From Arenicellales bacterium (GTDB lineage: Bacteria > Pseudomonadota > Gammaproteobacteria > Arenicellales > Poriferihabitantaceae): 64,000 bases of DNA. Made by a program: the position numbers and the translations under genes. The stretch is from positions 2,212,041-2,276,040 of the forward strand of contig OZ220708.1 of the NCBI GenBank assembly GCA_965116595.1, given 5' to 3'. A model generated the notes under the pieces. That model was not told where the DNA came from and made no database searches. It was given only the letters and a program-made list of their open reading frames with translations. Shown here piece by piece: positions 39,325-49,071 of this stretch; position 1 is the first letter of the stretch; every line of letters begins with the position of its first letter.

Positions 39325-40506
39325 ATGAAAAAGACCATATTAATACCCGCATTACTTGCTATCCTGTCCGCGCCGGCGCTGGCTGATGATATCAAAATCG
39401 GTGTCATCCTCGGATTTACAGGACCCATCGAATCGCTGACGCCGGATATGGCCAGTGGCGCAGAGCTTGCGTTATCCGAAGCCTCCGGATCCGGAATGCT
39501 GCTTGGTGGGAAAACCATTGTCAGTGTTCGTGGTGACTCTACATGTATTGATGCTGCGGCTGCATCTTCGGCTGCTGAGCGTCTGATCACTGCTGACGCG
39601 GTTGCGGCAATAATGGGCGCTGATTGTTCCGGCGTAACGACCGCAATTGCCAACAATGTGGCTATCCCCAATGGCGTTGTGATGATTTCGCCATCGGCCA
39701 CTTCACCGGCGCTTTCAACAATTGATGACAATGGCTATTTCTTCAGAACAGCTCCATCGGATGCCCGTCAGGGACAGGTCCTTGCCGATATTCTGAAAGA
39801 TCGGGGCATTACCGAGGTAGCCATCACCTACACCAACAACGACTATGGCAAAGGGTTGGCTGAATCATTCGGCGGTGCATTCAAAGCCAATGGCGGGACG
39901 GTTGCAATCACAGCGGCGCATGAAGATGGCAAAGCGGATTACTCTGCTGAAGTCGGCGCCCTTGCGGCTTCCGGCGCCGGACACCTGGTGGTATTCGGAT
40001 ACGTTGATCAGGGCGGCAAGGGTATCATCCAGGCGGCAGTCGATGCAGATGCCTTCACAGGCTTTGTGATGGCGGATGGCATGGTTGGCGAATCCTTGAC
40101 GGATGCCATCGGCGCTGGTCTCAATGGTTCTGTTGCGACCCTGCCTGGCGGGGCATCAGGAGCAGATGCGTTTGTCGACTACGCCAACTCAAACGAGATC
40201 AAGGGCGATGGCGCCTTCGTACCCGAGGCGTATGATGCGAGCGCTTTGCTGGTTCTCGCCATTCAGGCAGCAGGCTCGGCCGACCGGGCTGCCATCCGGG
40301 ACAACATCATGTCTGTGGCGAATGCACCGGGCGAGGAAATCGGTCCCGGTGAGCTGGGTAAGGCACTGCAAATTCTGGCGGATGGCGGGGAAGTCAACTA
40401 TCAGGGCGCGACCAATGTCGAGTTCAATGAAGTAGGCGAAGTGTTCGGCAGCTACAAAGAGCTTGAGATCACTGACGGTGAATGGAAAACGGTTCGGATT
40501 CATTGA
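39325..40506 (+). CDS. HAAT ABC transporter substrate-binding protein
   Basis: AGGAGG RBS, ATG at 39325, signal peptide; GFTGPIESL, GADCSGVT, ISPSATSPALS, FFRTAPSDARQG and YTNNDYGKG. Confidence 0.9.
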   Translation: MKKTILIPALLAILSAPALADDIKIGVILGFTGPIESLTPDMASGAELALSEASGSGMLLGGKTIVSVRGDSTCIDAAAASSAAERLITADAVAAIMGADCSGVTTAIANNVAIPNGVVMISPSATSPALSTIDDNGYFFRTAPSDARQGQVLADILKDRGITEVAITYTNNDYGKGLAESFGGAFKANGGTVAITAAHEDGKADYSAEVGALAASGAGHLVVFGYVDQGGKGIIQAAVDADAFTGFVMADGMVGESLTDAIGAGLNGSVATLPGGASGADAFVDYANSNEIKGDGAFVPEAYDASALLVLAIQAAGSADRAAIRDNIMSVANAPGEEIGPGELGKALQILADGGEVNYQGATNVEFNEVGEVFGSYKELEITDGEWKTVRIH

Positions 40507-40514
40507 TTTATCAT

Positions 40515-40545
40515 ACACCGGGCAGGGTAATACCCTCCCCGGTGT
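40515..40545 (+). terminator. Stable stem-loop downstream of the binding-protein gene (mRNA stabiliser or attenuator; no U tract)
   Basis: ACACCGGG-C-AGGGTA-A-TACCCT-C-CCCGGTGT inverted repeat. Confidence 0.5.
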
Positions 40546-40584
40546 CAGTGGCCGGTAAAATTATATCTTGAGTCGACAGGGTTG

Positions 40585-42654
40585 ATGACCGTTTCTGATC
40601 GGTATGCGATCCTTTTTGAACCCGTAAAAATCGGGCCTGTCACAGCACGTAATCGTTTTTATCAGGTTCCCCATTGTAACGGATTCGGCCACCTGAGACC
40701 GCGGGGCCATGCCGCGATGCGCGGTATGAAGGCGCAAGGCGGCTGGGCGGTGGTGTGTACGGAGGAGACCGAGATTCATCCAAGCTCCGACTTGTCGCCG
40801 TATGCGGTACAACGCCTGTGGGATCAACGGGACATACCTGCATTGGCCCTGATGACCGAGGCTGTGCATCAGCACGGTTCGCTGGTCGGTATTCAATTGG
40901 CCCATAATGGTCATCACGCACCCAACCTGTTCTCACGCATCCCTCCGCTTTCGCCCAGCGGACGAACGATTGAAGACCTGTATCCGCGGCAGGCCCGGGC
41001 GATGACCCGATCCGATATCCGGGACTTGCGCAAATGGCATCGAAACGCAGTCAGGAATGCCAAAATTGCAGGTTTCGATATTATCTATGTATACGCCGGT
41101 CACCACATGACGCTGGCGCATCAGTTCCTGAATCCGGCGTTCAATCAGCGTACCGATGAATATGGCGGCTCTTTGGAAAACCGGGTTCGCCTGACCAGGG
41201 AGTTACTGGAAGAATCGCTGGATGAAGCTGCTGGGGAATGCGCCATCGCATTTCGACTGGCGGTAGATGACATGGCGGGCGCCAATGGTATGCAGGCCCG
41301 GGAAGAAGGCAGGGAAATTGTCGAAATGCTGGCTGAATTTCCTGATCTGTGGGATGTCAATGTTGCGGGCTGGGACAACGATTCACAGACATCGAGACAT
41401 GCCCCCGAAGAGGGCTACCAGGAATCGTATACCGCATTCGTAAAACAACTGACATCCAAGCCGGTAGTCGGGGTAGGGAGGTATACCTCGCCTGATCGAA
41501 TGGTTGCACTTGTCAAGAAAGGTCATCTTGATTTTATTGGCGCTGCCCGACCGTCCATCGCAGACCCGTTCCTGCCGAACAAGATCAGGGATAATCGGGT
41601 TGAGGATATCTGCGAGTGTATCGGCTGCAATATCTGTGTTTCTTGCGACACCACCGGTATTCCCATCCGATGCACCCAGAACCCGACGATGGGTGAAGAA
41701 TGGAGAAGGAACTGGCATCCGGAGAAGATCCAGCCAAAATCGAGTGACGAACCGGTTGTAGTCGTGGGCGGCGGACCCGCGGGTCTGGAATGTGCATTGC
41801 AGTTGAACCGGCGTGGCCATAATGTCATTCTGGCTGAAGCATCAGACCGGCTGGGTGGTCGAGTGGTCAGGGAGTCTCAACTGAAGGGTTTGTCGGCATG
41901 GAAGCGGGTGAGTGACTATCGAATCATCCAACTGGAGCAGTCCGCCACTGTCAATCTGTATCTGCAAAGCGAAATGGATGCAGACAACATTGTTGAGCTG
42001 GGAATCCCCCATGTGTTTATCGCAACCGGGGCGCACTGGCGTCGTGACGGGGCAGGCAGAAGTTCCCGTACCGCGATGGAATTCGATACCGGGATCAGTG
42101 TCATGACGCCCGATGATATCATGGCCGGACTGACCCCTGAGCCGGGGCCGGTTATCATTTATGATGACGAGCAATCCTATATGGGCGGGGTGATTGCCGA
42201 GCAACTTGCGGCAACACACCCGAATATAAGATACATAACTTCGGCTGGCGTTGCTTCTGCATGGACCAGCAACACTCTGGAACAACACAGGATTCACTCG
42301 GCGCTGATTTCACAGGGGGTCAGTATTTCTACCAACCAGGCAGTGAAAAGCGTAAATAATAATCAGCTTGTCACCCAGTGCATTTTTGGTGGCAAGGATC
42401 GTGTTTACGAATGCAACACATTGATCCTGGTTACTGAAAGACAACCGAACAATCACCTTGCCAACGCATTACTTGAGATCAACAAAAGCGACAATAAGTT
42501 TGCCACCCTTGAAGTGATCGGCGATGCACTCGCACCGGGACTGATTGCTGATGCAGTATTTTACGGCCACCTGGCTGCGCGTAATTTTCAGATGGACCCT
42601 GAGATGGTCGAAAACCAGTTGTTCATGCGGGAAATCCCCTCTCTCACCGGGTGA
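40585..42654 (+). CDS. Trimethylamine/dimethylamine/histamine dehydrogenase-like iron-sulfur flavoprotein (OYE barrel + 4Fe-4S + ADP-binding domain)
   Basis: NRFYQVPHC (FMN-linking Cys position of TMADH), YVYAGH, RTDEYGGSLENR, ARPSIADP, ECIGCNIC...CTQNP.MGEEWRR.WHPE and VVGGGPAGLE. Confidence 0.85.
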   Translation: MTVSDRYAILFEPVKIGPVTARNRFYQVPHCNGFGHLRPRGHAAMRGMKAQGGWAVVCTEETEIHPSSDLSPYAVQRLWDQRDIPALALMTEAVHQHGSLVGIQLAHNGHHAPNLFSRIPPLSPSGRTIEDLYPRQARAMTRSDIRDLRKWHRNAVRNAKIAGFDIIYVYAGHHMTLAHQFLNPAFNQRTDEYGGSLENRVRLTRELLEESLDEAAGECAIAFRLAVDDMAGANGMQAREEGREIVEMLAEFPDLWDVNVAGWDNDSQTSRHAPEEGYQESYTAFVKQLTSKPVVGVGRYTSPDRMVALVKKGHLDFIGAARPSIADPFLPNKIRDNRVEDICECIGCNICVSCDTTGIPIRCTQNPTMGEEWRRNWHPEKIQPKSSDEPVVVVGGGPAGLECALQLNRRGHNVILAEASDRLGGRVVRESQLKGLSAWKRVSDYRIIQLEQSATVNLYLQSEMDADNIVELGIPHVFIATGAHWRRDGAGRSSRTAMEFDTGISVMTPDDIMAGLTPEPGPVIIYDDEQSYMGGVIAEQLAATHPNIRYITSAGVASAWTSNTLEQHRIHSALISQGVSISTNQAVKSVNNNQLVTQCIFGGKDRVYECNTLILVTERQPNNHLANALLEINKSDNKFATLEVIGDALAPGLIADAVFYGHLAARNFQMDPEMVENQLFMREIPSLTG

Positions 42655-42682
42655 TACTCACCCGACCTCACTCTTGCCATAC

Positions 42683-44266
42683 ATGACTGACACAGCTTCC
42701 ACCGACGAAAACAATAAAAGCCCGGACAGGTCCCGCGGCCCGAGGAGGCGCGAAGGAGGCCGGAATGCACGCAGAACCAAAAGACAGGCGCAAACCACTT
42801 CGCTGGCGGTCTGGCCCGGTATTCGCGGGGGCAGTTATAAACCGTTGAGCGAACATGACATGGAGCAGGTGCATCAGGCAGCCCTGGAGATTCTGGCGAC
42901 AATCGGAATAAAGGACTGGACCGAAGAGCTGCTGGAAACGGTATTGCCCGGAGGGGCTTTTCTGAATGAACACAATAGACTGTGTTTCCCCGAAGCTCTG
43001 ATCGAAGACATTATCGCAGGCGCCGCGCGTAACTTCGTGGTTCACGCAAGAGGGGCCCGGAAAGGAACAGGTGACATTGAATGCAGCGGTTCGAAAGTGT
43101 ATTTTGCGACATCAGGCTCGGCAGTATCGACATTCGAATCTGAAACCAAAAGCTACCGTGCATCCACACTTCAGGATATTTACGACTTCACCCGGCTGAC
43201 CGATAAACTCGATAACATTCACATGGTGGGCGATACTGTGGTTCCTACAGATGTCACGGATGATTTCGAGCACGACATCAATATCCCGTATGCGATGATG
43301 GCGGCGACAGAGAAACCCCTTTGTTTTGCTTTTCGAAGCTCGAAAAGTGTCCGCCCTGCGGTCGAAATGTTTGATATGGTTTTGGGTGAAGAAGGCAGAT
43401 TTCAAAAAGAGCCATTTGCTATTTTTGGGGGTTGTCCGATCGTTTCACCGCTGAGATTCGGGCTGGAAAATCTGCAGGTGATGATGGAAGCCAGCCGGCT
43501 TGGCTTGACCAGTGACCTTGCGGTAGCGCCCCAGAGCGGGGCCACCGCTCCGGCGCCCCTGGCAGGCATCCTGGCGCAAGTCATTGCAGAAACCCTGGCC
43601 TGCCTTGCAGTCGTCAATCTGATCAACCCCGGTTGCCCGATGGCTTTCGCCGCGTGGCCCTTTATTACCGATTTGCGTACGGGTTCATTTTCCGGAGGCA
43701 GTGCAGAGGAGGCGTTGCTGTCCGCTGCAGCCGTACAGATGGGCATATTCTATGATCTTCCCAATTCTGTCGCGGCAGGCATGACAGATTCCAAAATCCC
43801 TGATGTGCAGCACGGTTTCGAGAAAGGCGTCTCATTGACGCTGGCTGCAATGGCTGGCGCAAATCGCGTCTGTGAAGCGGCGGGAATGATGGGTAGCCTG
43901 ATGGGTTGCAGTTTCGAATCCCTGGTTATTGATGATGAGATTCTGGGGTTGGTTCTGCGTGCGACCCGCGGCATCGAGGTCAGCGATGAAACCCTGTCAG
44001 TGGCGGTCATTCGCGAATCTGTTATCAACCCCGGCCATTTTCTTGGGCACAGCCAGACCCTGAACTATATAGAATCGGAGTATCTGTACCCGGAGTTATC
44101 CGATCGCACTCCCACTGACGCATGGGAGAAAGCGGGTTCCAGTGATCTTTATACGCGCAGTCAGCAGGTTGTCCGGGAAATCCTTGATCAGCATCGACCC
44201 TATTACATTGATAATGCAATCGATAGTGCGATTCGGGACAAATTTCCAATTCTTCTAAAGATATAG
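42683..44266 (+). CDS. Non-pyrrolysine trimethylamine methyltransferase (MttB superfamily) protein
   Basis: Arg-rich N-terminus (RRREGGRNARR); VHQAALEILATIG, IVSPLRF, QSGATAP, DLRTG, AAGMTDSKIPDVQHGFEK and PGHFLG. No in-frame TAG. Confidence 0.88.
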   Translation: MTDTASTDENNKSPDRSRGPRRREGGRNARRTKRQAQTTSLAVWPGIRGGSYKPLSEHDMEQVHQAALEILATIGIKDWTEELLETVLPGGAFLNEHNRLCFPEALIEDIIAGAARNFVVHARGARKGTGDIECSGSKVYFATSGSAVSTFESETKSYRASTLQDIYDFTRLTDKLDNIHMVGDTVVPTDVTDDFEHDINIPYAMMAATEKPLCFAFRSSKSVRPAVEMFDMVLGEEGRFQKEPFAIFGGCPIVSPLRFGLENLQVMMEASRLGLTSDLAVAPQSGATAPAPLAGILAQVIAETLACLAVVNLINPGCPMAFAAWPFITDLRTGSFSGGSAEEALLSAAAVQMGIFYDLPNSVAAGMTDSKIPDVQHGFEKGVSLTLAAMAGANRVCEAAGMMGSLMGCSFESLVIDDEILGLVLRATRGIEVSDETLSVAVIRESVINPGHFLGHSQTLNYIESEYLYPELSDRTPTDAWEKAGSSDLYTRSQQVVREILDQHRPYYIDNAIDSAIRDKFPILLKI

Positions 44267-44271
44267 ATTCA

Positions 44272-45213
44272 TTATCCAACAGGAATACCGTAAGGCATGG
44301 CTATTCGTTCGAGTTGATCGCCCGCAGCCGAACCGACGGCCAATACACCGTGATCGATCGATGTTGCGGGCACCATGGCGGATATCAGATTGATTCGATC
44401 ATCAAGTCCAACAGAGTCCACGACTGTTCCGGCTTTTGAGTCCGGGTTGTCGCTGGTGTAGATTGCATCACCTGGAACAACGGGGTTGACGGAATTGACC
44501 CTGGCTACAATCAATCTTTTTTTTGATTTGCCGAGATATTTCAGCCTTGCAATAATCTCCTGCCCCGGGAAACAGCCTTTTTTGAAACTGACACCGTCAA
44601 CCAGTTCGAGGTTAATGTTCTGGGGAATGAAGGTTTCAACCGTGTTTGCGTACACCTGGGGGATGGCTGAAAGAATATCCAGCGCTCGCCAGTAGTCACC
44701 ATTAAAAACTGCCGTATTGTCATGGTTGGAGATTCGCTTGATCAGATCATCGTTTCCAATCAGCAGATAGCGTAACCGTGGTTCATCCACGCAATAGATG
44801 TTGCCGCCTGATGCCATGAATTCCTGGCCTGGCGAATCGACCTCCCCGACAAATCCCAGGCAGTGGAAATCCGATTCGATTTCAATCGTCACTTTGGCAC
44901 GCATCACATACATTTTGATTCGCTTTGAGAATGACCCCACCAGATCATTCGGAATCAATGCCCAAAAGCCATTTTCACTACGCATTATTCTCAGGATAGC
45001 GAGTGTGCGGCCCTTGGGGTTGCAATAGGCATGCAACTGGGACTGACCGTGACCGAGTTTGGTAATATCGTTGCTCAATTGACCTTGCAGAAATGATTCT
45101 GCATCCTCTCCCTGTATGCGGAGCAAGGACAACGGACCCGGATCAATGTAGTGCTGACCGGGTTTTTCATTGTCCAGCATTGCGTCTAACTGTGCTTGTG
45201 TCAATGGGATCAT
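44272..45213 (-). CDS. ygfZ: Folate-binding Fe-S repair / tRNA-modification factor YgfZ
   Basis: GEDAESFLQGQLSND, CNPKGR, FIPQNINL and the signature KGCFPGQE. Start uncertain (45213 or 45270). Confidence 0.9.
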   Translation of the reverse strand: MIPLTQAQLDAMLDNEKPGQHYIDPGPLSLLRIQGEDAESFLQGQLSNDITKLGHGQSQLHAYCNPKGRTLAILRIMRSENGFWALIPNDLVGSFSKRIKMYVMRAKVTIEIESDFHCLGFVGEVDSPGQEFMASGGNIYCVDEPRLRYLLIGNDDLIKRISNHDNTAVFNGDYWRALDILSAIPQVYANTVETFIPQNINLELVDGVSFKKGCFPGQEIIARLKYLGKSKKRLIVARVNSVNPVVPGDAIYTSDNPDSKAGTVVDSVGLDDRINLISAMVPATSIDHGVLAVGSAAGDQLERIAMPYGIPVG

Positions 45214-45347
45214 ATTTCTGGACGGTTGGATGGTTATCAATGCAAAGTGGTCGGTGAATTGCAGGGTCACTTCGAGTGACTCCTGGAATATTATTGCGAT
45301 GATTCAGAAAACCAAGTATACATGGTGTGCTTATCAGTTAAAATCAA

Positions 45348-45734
45348 GTGATGAAGATAACAGATAATGGACCTGACCGCCCGCTTTCTCCGCATCTGCA
45401 GGTCTACAAGCCTCAACTCACATCTGTATTGTCCATTCTTCACAGGGCAACTGGAATCATGATCGCTATCGGTGCAGTTGTCATTGCCCTATGGTTTCAG
45501 AGTGTAACCATGGGGGAAGAGATTTATGACTGTATCAGACAGTGGTTGAGTTCCCCGGTGGGCAAAGGATTGCTGGTGATCTGGACAGCCTGTACCAGTT
45601 ATCATTTGTTCAATGGCATTCGCCATCTGTTCTGGGATTACGGATATGGTTATGATCTCTCCATCGTTTACCTTTCCGGCAGGCTTACGGTAGTGGCTGC
45701 GATTCTGTTGACGGCAGGAGTCTGGCTGATATGA
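45348..45734 (+). CDS. sdhC: Succinate dehydrogenase cytochrome b556 subunit
   Basis: RPLSPHLQVYKPQLTSVLSILHRATG and YHLFNGIRHLFWD. Confidence 0.94.
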   Translation: MMKITDNGPDRPLSPHLQVYKPQLTSVLSILHRATGIMIAIGAVVIALWFQSVTMGEEIYDCIRQWLSSPVGKGLLVIWTACTSYHLFNGIRHLFWDYGYGYDLSIVYLSGRLTVVAAILLTAGVWLI

Positions 45735-46069
45735 CATCTGCAACACAGGGTTCCCGCCATTGGTGGTCCCAGCGCGTGACTGCGATGATGCTGGTCCCAC
45801 TCACTATCTGGTTCATGTTTTCGATTATCCGTCATACGGCCAGCCGATTCGATGAAGTGGTTGCATGGATGTCGCAGCCCTGGGCGGCGGTGTTGTTGAT
45901 CCTGTATCTTGCAACCATGTTTTATCATGCCTGGCTCGGTGTGCAGGTAGTGGTAGAAGACTATATTCACAGCCAGGGTCTGAAAACCGTAAGCCTCCTG
46001 CTGAGCAAGGGAATCTTATCGTTGTCTGCACTGATGTCCATTATTGCCGTATTGAGGATTGCCTTGTGA
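45731..46069 (+). CDS. sdhD: Succinate dehydrogenase hydrophobic anchor subunit
   Basis: HWWSQRVTA and [15 protein letters not shown]. Confidence 0.93.
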   Translation: MTSATQGSRHWWSQRVTAMMLVPLTIWFMFSIIRHTASRFDEVVAWMSQPWAAVLLILYLATMFYHAWLGVQVVVEDYIHSQGLKTVSLLLSKGILSLSALMSIIAVLRIAL

Positions 46070-47862
46070 CCGGGGTTGGCGCATACAAGATCATCGATCA
46101 CCAGTATGATGTGGTAGTGGTCGGTGCAGGAGGAGCCGGACTGCGGGCTACCTTCGGTATGGCGCTGGAAGGTTTGAGCACGGCTTGCATTACCAAGTTG
46201 TTTCCCACCCGGAGTCACACTGTTGCCGCCCAGGGCGGTATGAGCGCCGCTCTTGGAAATATGGGGGAAGACGACTGGCGCTGGCACATGTATGACACGG
46301 TCAAGGGCTCTGACTGGCTGGGCGATCAGGATGCGATCGAGTACATGTGCAAGGAAGCCCCGAATGCAGTGATTGAACTGGAGCATTACGGTGTCCCCTT
46401 TTCGCGTACTGCCGAAAACAAGATCTATCAGCGTGCCTTCGGCGGCATGACGACGCATTACGGCGAAGGACAGGCACAGCGTACCTGTGCGGCGGCGGAC
46501 CGGACCGGCCATGCAATTCTGCATACCCTTTACCAGCAGGCACTCAAACACCGGGCTGAATTCTTCATTGAATATTTTGCTGTTGATCTGATCATGCAGG
46601 ACGATCAATGCCAGGGCGTGATGGCATGGGATCTGGACCGGGGAGAGTTGCATCGGTTTGCAGCAAAACTGGTGGTGCTGGCCACAGGTGGGTACGGCCG
46701 TACGTATTTTTCTGCAACATCCGCACACAGCTGTACAGGAGATGGCGGGGGTATGGTGCTTCGTGCCGGATTGCCGCTTCAGGATATGGAATTCATTCAG
46801 TTTCATCCTACCGGAATTTATGGTTCGGGCTGCCTGATTACAGAGGGAGCCAGGGGTGAGGGAGGATATTTGACCAACTCGAAGGGTGAGCGGTTCATGG
46901 AGCGGTATGCGCCGAATGCCAAGGATCTTGCATCACGCGACGTGGTAAGTCGTTCAATGACGCTGGAAATCCGTGACGGGCTGGGTGTGGGTGAAGAAAA
47001 AGACCACATTCATTTGCACCTGGAACATCTCGGGCCGGAAGTACTGGCTGAACGATTGCCCGGCATTTCTGAATCCGCCCGGATATTTGGCGGGGTCGAT
47101 GTAACCCGGGAGCCGATTCCGGTAATACCCACGGTTCACTACAATATGGGCGGCATACAAACCAATATCCATGGTCAGGTGGTTACGTTGAAAGATGGAA
47201 ACTCCGAGCATATTGTTCCTGGTCTGATGGCGATTGGAGAGGCCGCGTGCGTATCCGTGCATGGCGCCAACAGACTCGGTTCCAACTCGCTTCTGGATAT
47301 CGTGGTTTTTGGAAGGGCATCAGCTCATCGGGCCAGAGACATTATCGATTCGGGAGGGGCGGCTGTGCGCCTGGCGAAAAATACAGGGGAAGAGATTATT
47401 GATCGTTTTGACAGGCTGCGTTATGCCGATGGCGATTCGACGACTGCTGATATTCGACTCGATATGCAAAAAATCATGCAGAATTTTTGTGCGGTATTCC
47501 GGACAGAAGAGGTGATGCAAGAGGGAATCGGCAAAATCAGGCAGGTATGCGAGCGGTTTGCCGATGTCAAGGTTACTGATCGATCGATGATCTGGAACAC
47601 CGACCTGGTTGAAACCCTGGAACTGGATAACCTTCTTCGTCAGGCAAGGGTGTCGATACATTCGGCAATCAATCGAAAAGAGAGTCGTGGCGCCCATGCC
47701 AGGGAGGATTATCCGGATCGCGACGACCAGAACTGGATGAAACATACCCTGGCCTGGCAAAAAGAGGTTGACAGTAATCCGGTGATTGACTATCGGCCTG
47801 TACATGACTATACGTTGACCGATGAAGTTGAATATATTAAACCCAGGGAAAGAGTATACTGA
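46066..47862 (+). CDS. sdhA: Succinate dehydrogenase flavoprotein subunit
   Basis: [21 protein letters not shown] (FAD-linked His), [29 protein letters not shown] and ESRGAH. GTG at 46066 overlaps the sdhD stop. Confidence 0.96.
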   Translation: MTGVGAYKIIDHQYDVVVVGAGGAGLRATFGMALEGLSTACITKLFPTRSHTVAAQGGMSAALGNMGEDDWRWHMYDTVKGSDWLGDQDAIEYMCKEAPNAVIELEHYGVPFSRTAENKIYQRAFGGMTTHYGEGQAQRTCAAADRTGHAILHTLYQQALKHRAEFFIEYFAVDLIMQDDQCQGVMAWDLDRGELHRFAAKLVVLATGGYGRTYFSATSAHSCTGDGGGMVLRAGLPLQDMEFIQFHPTGIYGSGCLITEGARGEGGYLTNSKGERFMERYAPNAKDLASRDVVSRSMTLEIRDGLGVGEEKDHIHLHLEHLGPEVLAERLPGISESARIFGGVDVTREPIPVIPTVHYNMGGIQTNIHGQVVTLKDGNSEHIVPGLMAIGEAACVSVHGANRLGSNSLLDIVVFGRASAHRARDIIDSGGAAVRLAKNTGEEIIDRFDRLRYADGDSTTADIRLDMQKIMQNFCAVFRTEEVMQEGIGKIRQVCERFADVKVTDRSMIWNTDLVETLELDNLLRQARVSIHSAINRKESRGAHAREDYPDRDDQNWMKHTLAWQKEVDSNPVIDYRPVHDYTLTDEVEYIKPRERVY

Positions 47863-48635
47863 TGGCTGAGTTCAGACTGCCTGCCAATTCCCGTATAAAA
47901 AAGGGAAAACGATTTACCGATTCGAGTACTGGTGAATTACGTCCGGTCCATGTTTATCGCTGGAACCCGGATACTGGCGAGAATCCCAGGATTGATACTT
48001 ATGAAGTTGATATCAAAGCCTGTGGACCGATGGTGTTGGATATCCTGATCAGGATCAAGGACAATATTGACAGCACCCTGACTTTCCGCCGCTCCTGCCG
48101 TGAAGGGATTTGTGGTTCCTGTTCGATGAACATCAATGGCGTCAATACGCTCGCCTGCATTTGTTCAGCCAATGAAATCCAGGGGGATATCAGGATATAC
48201 CCATTGCCTCACATGTCTGTGATCAAGGATCTGGTTTCCGACCTGAACAATTTTTATTCGCAATATGCATCGATCAAACCCTGGTTGCAGGCCGAGGAGG
48301 CCGCACCTGACAATGAGCGGTTGCAGTCAGAACAGGACCGGACAAAACTCGACGGTTTGTATGAATGTATCCTGTGCGCCTGTTGCTCGACCAGTTGTCC
48401 AAGCTACTGGTGGAACAGCGATCGTTATCTCGGCCCGGCGGCCCTGTTGCAGGCTTACCGATGGATTGCGGACAGCCGTGATCAAGCCACTGATGAAAGA
48501 CTCGATGAACTGGACGACACTTTCAAGCTGTACCGTTGCCATACGATCATGAATTGCACCAACACCTGTCCGAAAGGCTTGAATCCCGCCAAAGCGATTG
48601 GAGAAATCAAGTCTGCGATCCAGCGCAGGAAGTAG
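47862..48635 (+). CDS. sdhB: Succinate dehydrogenase iron-sulfur subunit
   Basis: [29 protein letters not shown] and [17 protein letters not shown]. Confidence 0.96.
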   Translation: MAEFRLPANSRIKKGKRFTDSSTGELRPVHVYRWNPDTGENPRIDTYEVDIKACGPMVLDILIRIKDNIDSTLTFRRSCREGICGSCSMNINGVNTLACICSANEIQGDIRIYPLPHMSVIKDLVSDLNNFYSQYASIKPWLQAEEAAPDNERLQSEQDRTKLDGLYECILCACCSTSCPSYWWNSDRYLGPAALLQAYRWIADSRDQATDERLDELDDTFKLYRCHTIMNCTNTCPKGLNPAKAIGEIKSAIQRRK

Positions 48636-48710
48636 TCGGCTGCCGGCGACCAGTGACCGGTGATCAGGTGACCAGGCGCAGGCGGACGGCAGGATTCCGG
48701 CGAAATCCCG

Positions 48711-48968
48711 ATGCAAGGGCACAATGAACTGAAACGAATTCTGTGGAAATGCCGGCGAGGCACCCGGGAACTCGACCTGACCCTGGAAAAATTTGTCGAG
48801 TCGCACTACCAGTGGCTGTCCGAACAAGCCAGGGCTGAGTTTCACTCGTTGCTGGAATACGACGATTCGCTGTTGATCGACTGGCTATGTCATCAGAAAA
48901 AACCGGATGTTCCGGAGGTCCGGGACATCGTCTCCCGGATATGGGCCGCCGGTTGCGGTCAAGATTGA
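48711..48968 (+). CDS. sdhE: SDH flavinylation/assembly factor SdhE
   Basis: WKCRRGTRELDL (RGxxE motif) and LLEYDDSLLIDWL; lies after sdhB. Confidence 0.88.
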   Translation: MQGHNELKRILWKCRRGTRELDLTLEKFVESHYQWLSEQARAEFHSLLEYDDSLLIDWLCHQKKPDVPEVRDIVSRIWAAGCGQD

Positions 48969-49003
48969 ATCCGGGGGGTTGTGGATTCCGGTCAGCCAAC
49001 CCC

Positions 49004-49029
49004 GTCATTCCCGCGGAAGCGGTAATCCA
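49004..49029. repeat. GTCATTCCCGCG..AGCGG.AATCCA palindromic element
   Basis: GTCATTCCCGCGGAAGCGGTAATCCA lies between convergent genes and is related to 39165-39210. Confidence 0.55.
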
Positions 49030-49071
49030 TAAGCCGGGCTGACCCCTGTCAAGGGGGGGTTGCCCCGGTAA

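Noticed and set aside
42683-44266. Pyrrolysine recoding in the MttB-family gene
   Set aside because: The frame is open with no in-frame TAG, the equivalent region reads AAGMTDSK, and no pyl genes are present.
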